Source of the DNA: Nitrospirota bacterium
Lineage (GTDB): Bacteria > Nitrospirota > UBA9217
Direction of reading: 5' to 3'
DNA: 64,000 nucleotides
Assembly: GCA_963749655.1 (NCBI GenBank)
Contig: CAVVOB010000033.1
Coordinates: forward strand, 1-64,000
How positions within the stretch are numbered: position 1 is the first letter of the stretch; every line of letters begins with the position of its first letter. Under the pieces are notes generated by a model. It did not search any database and had not been told where the DNA came from. It was given only the letters and a program-made list of their open reading frames with translations. Below, piece after piece: positions 29,521-41,562 of the stretch. The translations under genes were made by a program, and so were the position numbers.

Positions 29521-31188
29521 ATGAGCCCCAATCGCATCAAGAACGTCTATGTCGTCGGCCACACCACGCCGGACACGGATTCGGTCTGCTCGGCCATCGC
29601 CTATGCCTACTTCAAGAACATCACGGACAAGCGGTACGTCTTCACGCCGGTGCGCGCCGGCAAGCTGAACCACGAGACGACCTTCGTGCTCGAACGGTTC
29701 GGCGTGCCCCCTTCCGGCGGAGATCGACAGCCTGGTCGCGACGGTCAGCGACCTGGACCTCAAGCGGCCGATCGCCGTCGGCGTCAGGGACTCCATCCAG
29801 GCGCTGGCGCTCCTGATGCGCGAGCAGAACGTGCGGTCCGTGCCCGTGGTGGACGAATCGGGAAGGCTTGCCGGCGTCGTGGGGCTCAAGGACATCGCCC
29901 GCCACTACATGGACAGCGTGGGCTTTGCGGACCTTTCGAAGGCGCCCATCGAGCTCGACATCCTGCGTGAAAACGCTCGACGGCCGCGTCATCAGCAACG
30001 CGAAACAGCTCACGGTGCTCACCGGCAGGGTCCTGATCGCGGCCATGCAGCGCGGCACCCTGCTGAACCGGGTGCGCCCCGGCGACGTGGTCGTCGTGGG
30101 CGACCAGAACGACGTCCAGCTCGAGCTCATCCGGATGGGCTGCTCCGCGGTGATCGTGACCGACAATGCGCAGATCTCGAACGAGGTCATCGCGGCGGCC
30201 GGAGAAAAGAACGTGCTGCTCCTCTCGTCGCCGCCATCCGGCCTTTGCCACGGTCCAGCTCATGACCATGTCCGAGCCGGTCTCGTCCATCATGACCACG
30301 ACCTGCCCGACGGTCGGCCTGTACACGCCCATCTCGGAGGTGCGCGCGCGGATCGTCGAGTCGCGACTACCGCTCCGTGGTCGTCGTGGACAGCGACCAC
30401 CGGCTGATCGGCTTCATCACCCGGACGGACCTCCTGACGCCGGTGCGCAAGATGGCGATCCTCGTGGACCACAACGAGCTGTCGCAGGCCGTGGACGGCA
30501 TCGAGGAGGCCGAGATCCTCGAGATCATCGACCACCACCGCGTGGGCGACATCTCGCACCACGGCGCCGATCTACGTGTACAACGACCCGGTCGGCAGCA
30601 CCTGCACGGTCGTGGCCGGCATCATGTTCCTGTACCAGACGCACATCCCGACGGAGATCGCCGGCATCCTGCTGTCGGGCATCCTTTCGGACACGCTGCT
30701 CCTGACGCTCTCGACCACGACCGAGCGCGACCGCACGACCGCCGAGCGCCTGGCCGAGATCGCCGGCGTCGACATCCCGTCCTATTCCCGGGAGCTGCTG
30801 CACGCGAGCATCAATCTCGAGGACAAGAGCGCGGCCGAGCTGATCGCGGCGGACTTCAAGGAGTTCCTGATCGGCGGCAAGAAGCTCGGCGTGAGCCAGA
30901 TGATGTCCCTGGACTGCGCCGAGATCGACGCACGGGAGCGGGAGCTGGTGGCGCGAGCTCGAACGCCTGCGCGTGGCGAACAATTACGATCTCACGGTGC
31001 TCTTGGTGCTGAACCCCCTCGGCAAGGGGCAGGAGCGCATCCTGCTCCGGGGCGAGACCTGGATCGTGGAGAAGGCCTTCGACGTGACGGTGGTGAACGA
31101 TACCTGCACCGTGCCGCGCGTCATGTCGCGGAAAAAGGACTTTATCCCCGCCATCGGCCAGGTGCTGACCATGGGGCAGGCGCGGTAA
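29521..31188 (+). CDS. ppaC: Mn-dependent inorganic pyrophosphatase with CBS/DRTGG domains (multiple frameshifts)
   Basis: GHTTPDTDSVCSAIAYA, LVDHNE, IIDHH, PVGSTCT, ILSDTL, DFKEF, VMSRKK. Confidence 0.9.
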
Positions 31189-31393
31189 TGCATCAATCTG
31201 AACAACTCTTCGGAAAATCCTTCTAACCGCAGAAGTGGCAGAATATGCAGAAGAGGATGACCGTAACTTTCAGAAAAATTTTTTCTTCTTTTTTTCTGCG
31301 TCATCTGCTCATTCTGCGGTAAATACATGACAGAATCTGCACTGTAAAACCCGGCCATCGACTTTCGACGTCTCTGGTCGGGTTTCGTCTGCC

Positions 31394-32405
31394 TCAGCTT
31401 CCCGGCGCGCAGGCCACCATGCCCTCGAGCTTGGATATTGCCGACGGCTGGCCGAGGACGATCAGCGTGTCCCTGGCCTCGAGCAGGCTCGCGGACTCGG
31501 GATTGAAGACCATCTTGCCGCTTGTCCTTCTTGATGCCCACGATGATCACGCCGGTGTCCCTGCGCAGGCCGGCGTCCTTCAGGTTCTGGTTGATGAAGG
31601 GGGAACGGTCGGGGATGAAGATCTCCTCCATCTGGAGATCGATGTGTTCGCGGCCCGTGGCGATCTCGATGAAGTCCACCACATTCGGCCTCAGGATGGC
31701 CTGGGCCATGCGGCTCCCGCCGATCTGGTACGGAGAGACGACCTTGTTGGCGCCGGCGCGCTTCAGCTTGATGTCCGAGCCGGGCTCGCCCGAGCGGGCG
31801 AGGATGTACAGCTCGGGGTTCAGCCCCCGGGCGGTCAGGGTGATGTACACGTTCTCCGTGTCGGAGGTGACGACGGAGACGAGCCCCTTGGCGCGCTTGA
31901 TGCCGGCCTTGAGCAGCGTCTCGTCCTCGGTGGCGTTGCCGCGCAGGAACAGCACACCGTCTTCCTCCAGTTTTTCGAGCACCGCGGGGTTGTTCTCCAC
32001 CACCACGAAGGGAATGGGCTTCGCGGCAAACTCCCTGCAGATGAGCGAGCCGATCCTGCCGTACCCGCAGACGATGTAGTGGTCCCGCAACGCCTCGATC
32101 GATTTTTCCACTTTTTTCCTCCCGAGAAAACGCTGGAACTGGCCTTCGAACATGATCTGGGCGAGCTTGCTCACGGTGTAGCCGAGCACGGTCACGCCGA
32201 AGACGATCAGCAGGATGGTGAATATCTTCCCGGCATCGCTCAGGTCATGGACCTCCTTGAAGCCGATCGTGGCGAGGGTGATGACGGTCATGTAGAAGGC
32301 GTCGAGAAAGCGCCAGCCTTCGATGACCATATACCCCGCCGTGCCCAGGGAAACGAGCAGCAGCAGGATGAGCAGCGATACTTTCAGTTGTTTGACAGGA
32401 TTCAT
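31394..32405 (-). CDS. Potassium channel with TrkA-N/TrkA-C (RCK) domains (frameshift ~31525)
   Basis: TLATIGF pore motif, VCGYGRIG, GNATEDETLLKAGI. Confidence 0.9.
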
Positions 32406-32448
32406 CGTTCCATCTTGTCTCGAGTCTCAAGTCTCAAGTCGAAAAAAG

Positions 32449-32556
32449 CAGGGTCCAGGGTATGGGGTCCAGGGTCCAGTCAGGGGTGCAATGCCATTCC
32501 GGCCCCTTGCCTTATTTGCATTCCCGTGCTACTGGACCCTTGCTACTGGACCCTGC
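32449..32556. repeat. Heptamer inverted repeat (GGGTCCA / TGGACCC)
   Basis: CAGGGTCCAGGGTATGGGGTCCAGGGTCCAGT ... ACTGGACCCTTGCTACTGGACCCTG. Confidence 0.65.
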
Positions 32557-32565
32557 TTTCCTGCC

Positions 32566-33870
32566 CTACCGGTACGGATAGAAGATATAGAAGACGAGCG
32601 ACAGCGCGGCGAAGACCCACATGCCTGCAGGCACTTCGCGGAACCTGCCGTTCACGGTCTTGAGCAGGGGGTAGGCGAGCAGCCCGGCGGTCATGCCCAC
32701 GCCGATGTTGTAGGTGAAGATCATCAGCACGATGGTGAGGAAGGCCGGGACCAGCTCGGTGTAGTCGCTGAAGTCGATCTTCGTGAGGGGGCTGATCATG
32801 AAGATGCCGATCACGATCAGCGCCGTGCCGTAGGCGTGCGGCGGCACGGCGGTCAGGATGGGGCGAAGAAGAGCGCGAGCAGGAAGAGCGCCGAGACCAC
32901 GAGCGCCGTGAAGCCCGTCCGGCCTCCCTCGGTGATCCCCGCGGCGGATTCGATGTAGGCCCCCGTGGTCGTGGTGCCCGAGCATCGGCGCGATCAGGTT
33001 CGCCACCGCGTCGGCCAGCATGGGCTTCTCGATCTCGGGCAGGTTCCCCTTCTCGTCCAGGAGGCCGCCGCGGGCCGACAGGCCGATCAGCGTTCCCACG
33101 GTATCGACAAAGGCCATGACGAAGATGATGAGGACGATGGGCAGGTTCTTGAGGCTCAGCGCGCCGGCGATATCCAGCTGCAGCGCGATGGGACCAAGGC
33201 CCGGCGGCAGGCTCACCCAGGAGGCGGGCATCGGCGTGACGTCCGCAGGATAAACGACAGCACGGTGGTCGCGAGGATGCCGATGATGATCGCGCCCCGG
33301 ACCTTCCTGATCATGAGCCAGGTGATGATGAAGAACCCGAGCACGGCGAGCAGCACCGTGGGCTGGGACAGCCTCCCGAGGCTCACCGGCGCGCCCGGGC
33401 ACGCCGAGCACGACCACGCCCGTCTCGTTCAGGCCGATGAACGTGAGAAAGAGGCCGATCCCCACGGAGAAGCTGTACTTGAGCGACTGCGGCAGCGTGT
33501 CCGCGAGCCAGCCCCGGACCTTGAAGACCGTGAGCAGCGTGAACAGGACGCCGGCGATGAAGATCGCGCCGAGGGCGGTCTGCCAGGGGCAGCCGAGCAC
33601 CTTCACGACGGTAAAGGCGATGAAGGCGTTCTCTCCCATGTACGGCGCGATGGCAAAAGGCCGCTTCGCGTAGAGGCCCATGATCAGGGTGCCGAAGGCC
33701 GCGGCCAGGATCGTGGCGGTCATGGACGGCCCCTTGGGAATGCCCGCGGCCTCGAGGATCGCCGGGTTCACGATGATGATGTAGGCCATGGTCAGGAAGG
33801 TCGCGAGGCCGGCGAGCGTTTCCTGCTTGTAGGTCGTACGATGTTTATCGAATTCGAAATAGGTTTTCAC
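32566..33870 (-). CDS. NCS2 (AzgA-type) purine permease (internal frameshifts)
   Basis: [34 protein letters not shown]. Confidence 0.9.
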   Translation of the reverse strand: MKTYFEFDKHRTTYKQETLAGLATFLTMAYIIIVNPAILEAAGIPKGPSMTATILAAAFGTLIMGLYAKRPFAIAPYMGENAFIAFTVVKVLGCPWQTALGAIFIAGVLFTLLTVFKVRGWLADTLPQSLKYSFSVGIGLFLTFIGLNETGVVVLGVPGRAGEPREAVPAHGAARRARVLHHHLAHDQEGPGRDHHRHPRDHRAVVYPADVTPMPASWVSLPPGLGPIALQLDIAGALSLKNLPIVLIIFVMAFVDTVGTLIGLSARGGLLDEKGNLPEIEKPMLADAVANLIAPMLGHHDHGGLHRIRRGDHRGRPDGLHGARGLGALPARALLRPILTAVPPHAYGTALIVIGIFMISPLTKIDFSDYTELVPAFLTIVLMIFTYNIGVGMTAGLLAYPLLKTVNGRFREVPAGMWVFAALSLVFYIFYPYR

Positions 33871-34006
33871 GGAGCGTTTCCTTGTCAACGAAAGAGGGAT
33901 GGCTGATCGCAAACCACGGCCAGACTATATCATAAATTCCGGGAATTTCCCACGCCTTCCTGGCTCCTGCAGGGAAGGATTTTTGTAAGATTCTGCAATA
34001 ACAGGG

Positions 34007-34036
34007 TTGACAAACACCCCGAAAACAACCTATTAT
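34007..34036 (+). promoter_or_regulatory. Sigma70 promoter for ACT-liv-paaK cluster
   Basis: TTGACA-18nt-TATTAT. Confidence 0.55.
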
Positions 34037-34115
34037 GGGACGTTTCTCGGAGCGCTTGCGCCTACAGCGCGTCTGAGAGCGCCTTTCCTTTTCACCGCCC
34101 AGGCAGGAGAGCTTC

Positions 34116-34547
34116 GTGAAGGTCGAACAGATATCCATATTCCTCGAAAACAAATCAGGCCGGCTCTCCGAAGTCGCCGACATCCTGGCCAGAAACAACA
34201 TTGATATCCGGGCGTTGTCCCTGGCCGATACGGCCGATTTCGGGATCCTGCGGCTCATCGTCAACGACCTGGAAAGAACCAAGCAGCTCCTGAAAACCAA
34301 CAGCTTCACCGTGGGCAGCAACGAGGTCGTTGCCGTGGAGGTGCTGGACCGGCCCGGCGGCCTGGCCGGAATCCTGGGAACGCTGCAGGGCAAGAGCATC
34401 AACGTGGAATACATGTACGCCTTTTCCCAGAAGAGCGGCGGGAACGCCGTCCTGATCTTCCGCTTCGACGAGACCGAAAAGGCGATCGAGGTCCTGCAGA
34501 AAAGCGGCATCAGGATCCTGAAGCGTGAAGAAGTGCTTGCCATGTAA
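34116..34547 (+). CDS. Tandem ACT-domain protein
   Basis: [46 protein letters not shown]. Confidence 0.9.
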   Translation: MKVEQISIFLENKSGRLSEVADILARNNIDIRALSLADTADFGILRLIVNDLERTKQLLKTNSFTVGSNEVVAVEVLDRPGGLAGILGTLQGKSINVEYMYAFSQKSGGNAVLIFRFDETEKAIEVLQKSGIRILKREEVLAM

Positions 34548-34600
34548 GAACCATCCCCTCGCCTTGAGCGGGATATCCTTTTCGAGGAGGTAACAAGATC

Positions 34601-35749
34601 ATGAAACTTCTGAAGCTTGCAGCAGCTGCAGCATGCATCGTCGCCCTGTCGGTCACCACGGCGCTCGCGGGCGGCGCCATCAGGATCGGCGCGATCCTGG
34701 CCGTGACCGGTCCTGCATCGTTCCTGGGAGCTCCCGAGGCAAAGACCCTCCAGATGATGGTCGACGACCTCAATGCCAAGGGCGGCATCAACGGCAGCAA
34801 GGTGGAGCTCGTGATCAAGGACTCCGGCGCAAGCCCGGAAAAGGCGATCTCCTTTGCCAAGCAGCTCATCGAGGAAGAGAAGGTCTTTGCGATCATCGGC
34901 CCCTCCACCTCGGGCGAGACCATGAAGATCAAGGACATCGCCGAGCAGGGCCAGACCATCCTGCTGTCCTGCGCAGCGGCCGAATCGATCGTCAATCCGC
35001 TGGCCAAGTATGTGTTCAAGACGCCCCAGAAGGACAGTGATGCAGTCATCAGGATCTTCCAGCAGATGAAGAAGATGGGCATCACGAAGATCGGCGTTCT
35101 GTCCTCCAACACCGGCTTCGGCGGCGCGGGAAAAGCGCAGCTCGAGAAGCTTGCGCCTGAGCACGGGATCCAGATCGCCGTCAACGAAGTTTACGACAAG
35201 GCGGCCACCGACCTCACCGCCGAGGTGACGAAGGTCAAGGCGGCCAATGTCCAGGCCATCGTGAACTGGTCCATCGAGCCGGCTCAGGCCATCGTGATCA
35301 AGAACGCCCGCCAGATCGGCCTGACCATCCCGATCTTCCAGAGCCACGGCTTCGGCAACATCAACTACGTGAAGGCCGCCGGCCCGGCCGCCGAGGGCGT
35401 GATCTTCCCGGCAGGCAGGCTGCTCGTGGCCGACGTGCTTTCAGGCAAGAACCCCCAGAAGCCCGTGCTCGAGTCCTACAAGAAGGCATACGAGACAAAA
35501 TACAAGGAAGACGTGAGCACCTTCGGCGGACACGCCTATGACGCGATGAAGATCCTGGAGCAGGCCATCAAGGCCGCGGGCGCCGGCGCGGACAAGGAAA
35601 AAGTCCGGACGACGATCGAGAACATGAAGGGCCTGGTCGGCACGGCGGGCATCTTCAATTTCTCGCCCACAGACCACAACGGCCTCGGCCTCGATGCCTT
35701 TGAAATGCTGACCGTGAAGGACGGCAAGTTCACCGTGCTGGAGAAATAG
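34601..35749 (+). CDS. livK: Branched-chain/aromatic acid ABC substrate-binding protein (LivK-like)
   Basis: Signal peptide, IRIGAILAVTGPASFLG, NAKGGING, GHAYDA. Confidence 0.85.
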   Translation: MKLLKLAAAAACIVALSVTTALAGGAIRIGAILAVTGPASFLGAPEAKTLQMMVDDLNAKGGINGSKVELVIKDSGASPEKAISFAKQLIEEEKVFAIIGPSTSGETMKIKDIAEQGQTILLSCAAAESIVNPLAKYVFKTPQKDSDAVIRIFQQMKKMGITKIGVLSSNTGFGGAGKAQLEKLAPEHGIQIAVNEVYDKAATDLTAEVTKVKAANVQAIVNWSIEPAQAIVIKNARQIGLTIPIFQSHGFGNINYVKAAGPAAEGVIFPAGRLLVADVLSGKNPQKPVLESYKKAYETKYKEDVSTFGGHAYDAMKILEQAIKAAGAGADKEKVRTTIENMKGLVGTAGIFNFSPTDHNGLGLDAFEMLTVKDGKFTVLEK

Positions 35750-35770
35750 CACTACCGGAAACGCAGTCAT

Positions 35771-36134
35771 CACCGCGAAGGCGCGAAGGACGCGAAGGTT
35801 AAAGCGCAGCGATTTTCCCCGCTTTCCCTGGCGCTCTTTGCGCCTTCGCGGTTCTATCTAACTAAGATTGATAAAATCGTAAAAAGCACGGCGTCACAAA
35901 GTCACGAAGCCTCAAAGAGTTATATTCTTTATTTCCAAAAGGCATTTCTTCGTGCTCTCTCTGTGTTGACCTGTGAAAAATTAAATTTTTTCGATTTCAT
36001 CAGGGCTTTGATGGTTCCGTTAAAAGTCCTGTTTAACCGCAGAGCCGCGGGGGGCGCGGAAAAAACCTTCTTGTCTTGAAGGTCTTTTTCTCAGCGTCTC
36101 CGCGGTGGGTTCTGACTTTTTACGAATTCATCAA
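35771..36134. repeat. Composite repeat cluster: nonamer hairpin plus two TTGAT..AAAAG / TTTT..CGA..CATCA IR elements each enclosing a nonamer hairpin
   Basis: 35771-35853; 35868-36002; 36008-36134. Confidence 0.7.
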
Positions 36135-36164
36135 GGTTCGGTCTTCGGCAGCAATGGACGATAA

Positions 36165-37055
36165 ATGTTTTTAGAATTATTCTTTCAATACCTCGTCGCC
36201 GGCCTCACCTACGGCACCATCTACGCCATCGTCGGCATCGGCTTCAACATCATTTACAACACCACGGGGATCATCAATTTCGCCCAGGGCGAATTCGTGA
36301 TGCTCGGCGGCATGACCGCGGTGACCCTGCACGGCTTCCTGCCCCTGCCTCTGGCGATCGTCGGGGCGGTCGCCCTCACCATGGTCGTCGGCGGCCTGAT
36401 CGAAATCGCCTTCATCCGCTGGCTCGTGAAACCGTCGGTGCTCCGCATGATCATCATCACGATCGGCATCTCGATCCTCATCCGCGAAGGCGCGCTCGAG
36501 ATCTGGGGCGAAGGGGTCCGCTCGCTGCCTTACTTCACAGGCAACGAGATCTCGGCGATCTCCCTGGGCGGGGTGCGCGTCTCACCGCAGGTCCTCTGGA
36601 GCATCGGCGTCTGCTCCGTCATCGTGGTCCTCCTGAGCCTGTTCTTCATGCACACCATGCTCGGCAGGGAGATGCGCGCCTGCGCGGCGAACCGCGAGGC
36701 GGCGGCGCTGTGCGGCATACCGACGAAGAACATGATCACCTTCAGTTTTGTGCTGTCCGCGGGGATCGGCGCCCTTGCAGGGTGCGTCGTGTCCCCGATC
36801 ACCTACACGCAGTACAATATCGGCGCGGGCCTGGCCATCAAGGGCTTCACCGTCGCCATCCTGGGAGGACTCGGTAACAGCATGGCCGCCGTGGCTGCGG
36901 GCTTTATCCTCGGCATCCTCGAGAGCTTCAGCATCTGGGTCCTGCCCACGGCCTACAAGGACGCGATCTCGATCGCCATCCTGCTCGCGATGCTGTTCGT
37001 CAGGCCGAGCGGGCTGTTCGGCGACCGCGAAGCCATGAGGTTGAAGGATTTCTGA
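36165..37055 (+). CDS. livH: Branched-chain amino acid ABC permease
   Basis: GIINFAQGEFVMLG, ILGGLGN, VRPSGLFG. Confidence 0.9.
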   Translation: MFLELFFQYLVAGLTYGTIYAIVGIGFNIIYNTTGIINFAQGEFVMLGGMTAVTLHGFLPLPLAIVGAVALTMVVGGLIEIAFIRWLVKPSVLRMIIITIGISILIREGALEIWGEGVRSLPYFTGNEISAISLGGVRVSPQVLWSIGVCSVIVVLLSLFFMHTMLGREMRACAANREAAALCGIPTKNMITFSFVLSAGIGALAGCVVSPITYTQYNIGAGLAIKGFTVAILGGLGNSMAAVAAGFILGILESFSIWVLPTAYKDAISIAILLAMLFVRPSGLFGDREAMRLKDF

Positions 37056-38152
37056 TGAAACACGAACACTACATCCCGCCCGTCCTGCTCTTCGGACTGA
37101 TCACGCTCGTCCAGATCGCCGCGTCCGTGAGCGGCAAGGCCTTCTACCTGACGCAGCTGACGATGACGGCGTACTATTCCCTGATCGTCATCGGACTGAG
37201 CCTTTTGATGGGCTTTGCGGGCCAGATCTCCCTGGGCCACGCGGGTTTCTTCGCCATCGGCGGGTACACGTCGGCCGTGCTCACCACGCTCGACCTGACG
37301 GCCTTTCGCGAGGCAGCGCCCGTGGCCCTGCTGACGAACCTCCACGTGCTGACCGCACGCCAGGACCTTTACGGCGGCCAGGCGTTGACCGTTCATCCCT
37401 GGGCCGCTTTCGCCGTCGCCATCGTGGTGACGCTTGCCATCGCCTATGCGATCGGCGTTCCGGTGCTCAAGCTCAGGGGGCACTACCTGGCCATGGCCAC
37501 CCTGGGCTTCGGCACGATCATCTACAGCGTCGTTCTGGGGACGCAGCGCTTCGGCGCCGCGGACGGGGTCTCGGGCGTGCCGCCCTTCCCGCTCGTTGCC
37601 GGGCTCAGCGTGAGCGGCAGCCCGTCGCTCCGGGTGCTGAATTATTACTTTTCCTGGGCACTGGTCACCGTGGTGCTGCTCCTGCTCGTGAACCTGATCA
37701 ACTCGCGCGTGGGGCGCGCCCTTCGCTCGATCCACGGCGCCGAGGATGCCGCGAACGCCATGGGCGTCGATACGCCGAGGTACAAGCTCGCGACCTTTAT
37801 TCTGAGCGCCGTGTTCGCGGCGATCGCCGGCGTGTTCCTCACCCACTTCAACGGCGGCATCGGGCCGTCCGAGGCGGGGGTCATGAAGTCCGTGCGCTAC
37901 GTCGCCATCGTGGCCGTGGGCGGCATGGGAAGCATCTGGGGCACGCTTCTCATGAGCGTGGTGCTCAACTTCTGCTCGCTGCGCGGCTATTTCGGCTCGC
38001 TCGATGACGCCGTGTTCGGCTTCATCCTGATCGTGATCATGCTCTTTTCGCCCGAGGGCGTCATCAGCCTGCAGGTGCGGGAGCGCGTCAAGCAGCTGCT
38101 CCTGCTGCCGCTGGCAAGAAGATTAGCGAACGGCAAGGGCAAGGCCGAGTAA
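37055..38152 (+). CDS. livM: Branched-chain amino acid ABC permease
   Basis: GFAGQISLGHAGFFAIGGY, LRGHYLAMATLGF. Confidence 0.9.
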   Translation: MKHEHYIPPVLLFGLITLVQIAASVSGKAFYLTQLTMTAYYSLIVIGLSLLMGFAGQISLGHAGFFAIGGYTSAVLTTLDLTAFREAAPVALLTNLHVLTARQDLYGGQALTVHPWAAFAVAIVVTLAIAYAIGVPVLKLRGHYLAMATLGFGTIIYSVVLGTQRFGAADGVSGVPPFPLVAGLSVSGSPSLRVLNYYFSWALVTVVLLLLVNLINSRVGRALRSIHGAEDAANAMGVDTPRYKLATFILSAVFAAIAGVFLTHFNGGIGPSEAGVMKSVRYVAIVAVGGMGSIWGTLLMSVVLNFCSLRGYFGSLDDAVFGFILIVIMLFSPEGVISLQVRERVKQLLLLPLARRLANGKGKAE

Positions 38153-38238
38153 GCCGCGGCAGGAGCACTTTGGAATTTGCCGAAAGTAATGTTGCGGATT
38201 AATGAGAATCTATATTATATCTGCGGATCAAACCAATG

Positions 38239-38309
38239 CGTCATTCTTGCGAAGGCGGTAATCCAGTCTTTTTGAAACCTCTGGATGCCGGATCAAGTCC
38301 GGCATGACG
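38239..38309. repeat. REP/RPE-like palindromic element
   Basis: CGTCATTCTTGCGAAGGCGGTAATCCAG..CTGGATGCCGGATCAAGTCCGGCATGACG. Confidence 0.65.
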
Positions 38310-38469
38310 GCAAAAAGACTTCTACTACAGGTTTGATTGCATGACCGAACTACGGGATAACGTCAGGATATGAGCTGGACCCGGTTGATCCTGTAGATCC
38401 TGTTATCCTGTCCGCTCTTGTTCCGACTTGACACGATTGATTTTCAGCACTTGAAACGCGGTATCGATC

Positions 38470-39234
38470 ATGACTCTTCTCGAAGTAGACAACATCAGCA
38501 AGCGCTTCGGCGGGCTCCAGGCCGTGAAGGATGTTTCCTTCACCGTGCAGAAGGGCTGCATCAAGGCCGTCATCGGGCCGAACGGCGCGGGCAAGACCAC
38601 GCTGTTCAACCTCGTGTCCGGCTTCCTTCCTCCGGACTCTGGCGCCATCCGGTACCGGGACCGGCCCATCCACGGCCGGAGCCCCTACCAGATCGCGGGC
38701 GCCGGCCTGTCGCGCACCTTTCAGCACATCCGGCTGTTCCCCCAGATGACGGCCATGGAAAACGTGATGGTCGGCCGCCACGTGAAGGGCAAGGCGGGGT
38801 TCATCGCCGGCATGCTGAACCTTCCCCGGACCCGGCGCGAGGAGCGTGACATCCGGGACCATGCCATAAGCGTGATGGAGCTCCTCGGGATCGCGTCCTT
38901 TGCCGACACCGAGGCGACGAGCCTCTCCTACGGTCAGCAGCGGATCGTCGAGCTGGCCCGCGCCCTGGCCGGCGAGCCCGAGATGCTGCTCCTGGACGAG
39001 CCCGCGGCAGGGCTCAACATGCGCGAGACCGCCGACATGGCGAACCTGATCACGAAGATCCGCGACCGGGGCGTCACGGTCTTGATCGTCGAGCACGACA
39101 TGCAGCTGGTGATGAACATTTCCGACGAGGTCGTGGTCCTGAGCTACGGCAAAAAGATCGCCGATGCCGCGCCCCGGGCGGTCCAGAAGGACCCCGAGGT
39201 CGTCCGCGTGTACCTGGGGGAGGACGATGCTTAG
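38470..39234 (+). CDS. livG: Branched-chain ABC ATP-binding protein
   Basis: GPNGAGKTT, LSYGQQR, LLLDEPAAG, EHDM, VYLG. Confidence 0.92.
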   Translation: MTLLEVDNISKRFGGLQAVKDVSFTVQKGCIKAVIGPNGAGKTTLFNLVSGFLPPDSGAIRYRDRPIHGRSPYQIAGAGLSRTFQHIRLFPQMTAMENVMVGRHVKGKAGFIAGMLNLPRTRREERDIRDHAISVMELLGIASFADTEATSLSYGQQRIVELARALAGEPEMLLLDEPAAGLNMRETADMANLITKIRDRGVTVLIVEHDMQLVMNISDEVVVLSYGKKIADAAPRAVQKDPEVVRVYLGEDDA

Positions 39235-39951
39235 ATCCGGAACCTCGACGCGGCCTACGGCAGCCTGCGGGTGCTCAGGCGCGTTTCGATCCATGTGAAG
39301 CAGGGGGAGATCGTCACGATCATCGGAGCGAACGGCGCGGGCAAGACTACGCTCCTCAAGACGGTGACCGGCCTTCTGCGCGCCCAGGCGGGAGAGATCC
39401 TCTTCAACGACCAGGACATCACCCGCGCCCCGACCGAGCGGATCGTCATGAGCGGCTGCTCGCTCGTGCCCGAGGGCAGGCAGGTCTTCCCGGCCATGCC
39501 GGTAAAGGAAAACCTTCTCCTGGGGGCCTATGTCCAGTTCAAGCGCGGAAAGCGGTCCGATGTTCAGCAGGACCTGGAGCGCGTATACGGCATCTTTCCC
39601 GTGCTCAGGCAGCGCGAGCGCCAGCTCGCCGGCACCCTGTCCGGCGGCGAGCAGCAGATGCTCGCCATGGCCCGGGCGCTCATGGCCCGGCCGTCCCTGA
39701 TCATGCTCGACGAGCCCTCGATGGGCCTGGCGCCGCTCATGGTGAAGGAGATCTTCAACATCATCGTCCGGCTCCGGCAGGAGGGCAACACGGTCCTGCT
39801 CGTGGAGCAGAACGCCCGCAGCGCCCTCAGGATCGCGAACCGGGGCTACGTGCTCGAAACGGGCAGGATCATCCTCGAGGGCGATGCCGAAGATTTGCTC
39901 GCGAACCGCGACGTGCAGAGAGCGTATCTGGGAAGAGACGTCAATGAATAA
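39227..39951 (+). CDS. livF: Branched-chain ABC ATP-binding protein (1-nt slip near start)
   Basis: GANGAGKTT, VPEGRQVF, LSGGEQQM, LDEPSMGLAP, VEQNA. Confidence 0.92.
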
Positions 39952-40070
39952 GTTTTGCGTTCTTAGTTTTGAGTTTTTAGTTAACTTAAAACGCTGCAGC
40001 TATAACTCATAACTGCTGTTGGAAGCCGTTCTGAGTTAAACTCAAAACTAAAAACTCATAACTCAAAACT
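39951..40070. repeat. Heptamer inverted repeat (AGTTTTG / AACTCAA)
   Basis: TTAGTTTTGAGTTTTTAGTT ... AACTCAAAACTAAAAACTCATAACTCAAAACT. Confidence 0.7.
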
Positions 40071-40090
40071 GCCGTTAAACCGGAGGTGCT

Positions 40091-41389
40091 ATGTACTGGC
40101 AGCCTGAAAGCGAATGCATGAGCAGGGACGAGCTGGCGCAGCTCCAGCTCGAACGGCTCGAGTCCACATTGAGCCGGGTCTACATGAACGTGCCGTTTTA
40201 CCGCAAAAAGTTCGACGAGATCAAGTTCAATCCCGACGAGCTGCGGTCGCTGGGCGATCTGCAATCGCTGCCCTTTACGACCAAGGACGACCTCCGGGAC
40301 AACTATCCTTACGGCCTGTTCGCCGTGCCGCTCCGCGAGGTCGTCCGGGTGCACGCGTCGTCGGGCACGACGGGCATGTCCACGGTGGTCGGCTACACCC
40401 GGAACGACATCAAGACCTGGTCGAACCTCGTCGCGCGGGTCCTGACCGCCGGCGGGATCACCAAGGACGACGTGATCCAGATCGCCTTCAACTACGGCCT
40501 CTTTACCGGCGCCTTCGGCCTGCACTACGGCGCCGAGCGCATCGGCGCTTCGGTCATCCCGATCTCGAGCGGCAACACCAAACGCCAGATCAAGATCATG
40601 CAGGACTTCAAGACCACGGCCCTCGTGGGCACGCCGAGCTACGCCATGCTCATCGCCGACACGATCCGGGAAATGGGCATCCACCCCAACACCCTCTCGC
40701 TCAAGTACGGACTCTTCGGCGCCGAGCCGTGGTCCGATGCCATGCGGAAGGAGCTCGAAAACAAGCTCAACATCACGGCCACGGACAATTACGGCCTCTC
40801 GGAAGTGATGGGACCCGGCGTTGCCGGCGAATGCCTCGAGCGAAACGGGCTCCACATCGCCGAGGACAACTTCCTGGTGGAAGTGATCAACCCCGATACT
40901 CTGCAGCCGGTCAAGCCGGGCGAGATCGGCGAGCTGGTCGTCACCACGCTCACGAAGGAAGCATTCCCCGTGATCCGCTACCGGACCCGGGACCTGACCC
41001 GGCTCATCCCCGGCGACTGTCCCTGCGGAAGGACCCTGGCCAGGATGACGCGCGTCCTCGGGAGGACCGACGACATGCTGATCATCCGCGGCGTGAACGT
41101 GTTCCCGCAGCAGATCGAAACGGTGCTCATCGAGATCGAAGGCATTGCGCCGCACTACCAGATCATCATCGACCGCAAGGGCGCCCTGGACGAAACGACC
41201 GTGCTGGTCGAGGTCTCGGAGTCGATCTTCTTCGACGAGATGAGGAAGCAGAGCGAGCTCAAGGAGACGATCAAGAAACGGCTCGCCGCGGAACTCGGCA
41301 TTTCCGTCGACGTGAAGCTGGTGGAGAAGAAGACGCTGGAGCGGTTCGAAGGAAAAGCGAAGAGGGTCATCGACAACAGAAAGTTCTGA
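40091..41389 (+). CDS. paaK: Phenylacetate-CoA ligase family
   Basis: [62 protein letters not shown]. Confidence 0.92.
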   Translation: MYWQPESECMSRDELAQLQLERLESTLSRVYMNVPFYRKKFDEIKFNPDELRSLGDLQSLPFTTKDDLRDNYPYGLFAVPLREVVRVHASSGTTGMSTVVGYTRNDIKTWSNLVARVLTAGGITKDDVIQIAFNYGLFTGAFGLHYGAERIGASVIPISSGNTKRQIKIMQDFKTTALVGTPSYAMLIADTIREMGIHPNTLSLKYGLFGAEPWSDAMRKELENKLNITATDNYGLSEVMGPGVAGECLERNGLHIAEDNFLVEVINPDTLQPVKPGEIGELVVTTLTKEAFPVIRYRTRDLTRLIPGDCPCGRTLARMTRVLGRTDDMLIIRGVNVFPQQIETVLIEIEGIAPHYQIIIDRKGALDETTVLVEVSESIFFDEMRKQSELKETIKKRLAAELGISVDVKLVEKKTLERFEGKAKRVIDNRKF

Positions 41390-41392
41390 AAG

Positions 41393-41556
41393 GGGAGCAG
41401 CAGAGAGCATAGGGCACAGGGCAGGGAGCAGGGAGCAAAGCGCAGAGGGCATAGGGTTGACGGCAGAAGGCAGATAAGCCCGGTACATTTCCGTTATGCG
41501 TCATGCACTATGCTCCATGCCTGCAGTTCCATGCCCCATGCACCATGCCCTATGCG
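41393..41556. repeat. Heptamer inverted repeat (GCATAGG / CCATGCC)
   Basis: AGCATAGGGCACAGGGCAGGGAGCAGGGAGCAAAG ... CCATGCCCCATGCACCATGCCCTATGC. Confidence 0.7.
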
Positions 41557-41562
41557 CATGTT

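Noticed and set aside
40007-41488. Long antisense/alternate-frame ORFs (also 33845-35347, 31419-32663, 3154-4251)
   Set aside because: Shadow ORFs of GC-rich genes with clear family identity on the other strand or frame.
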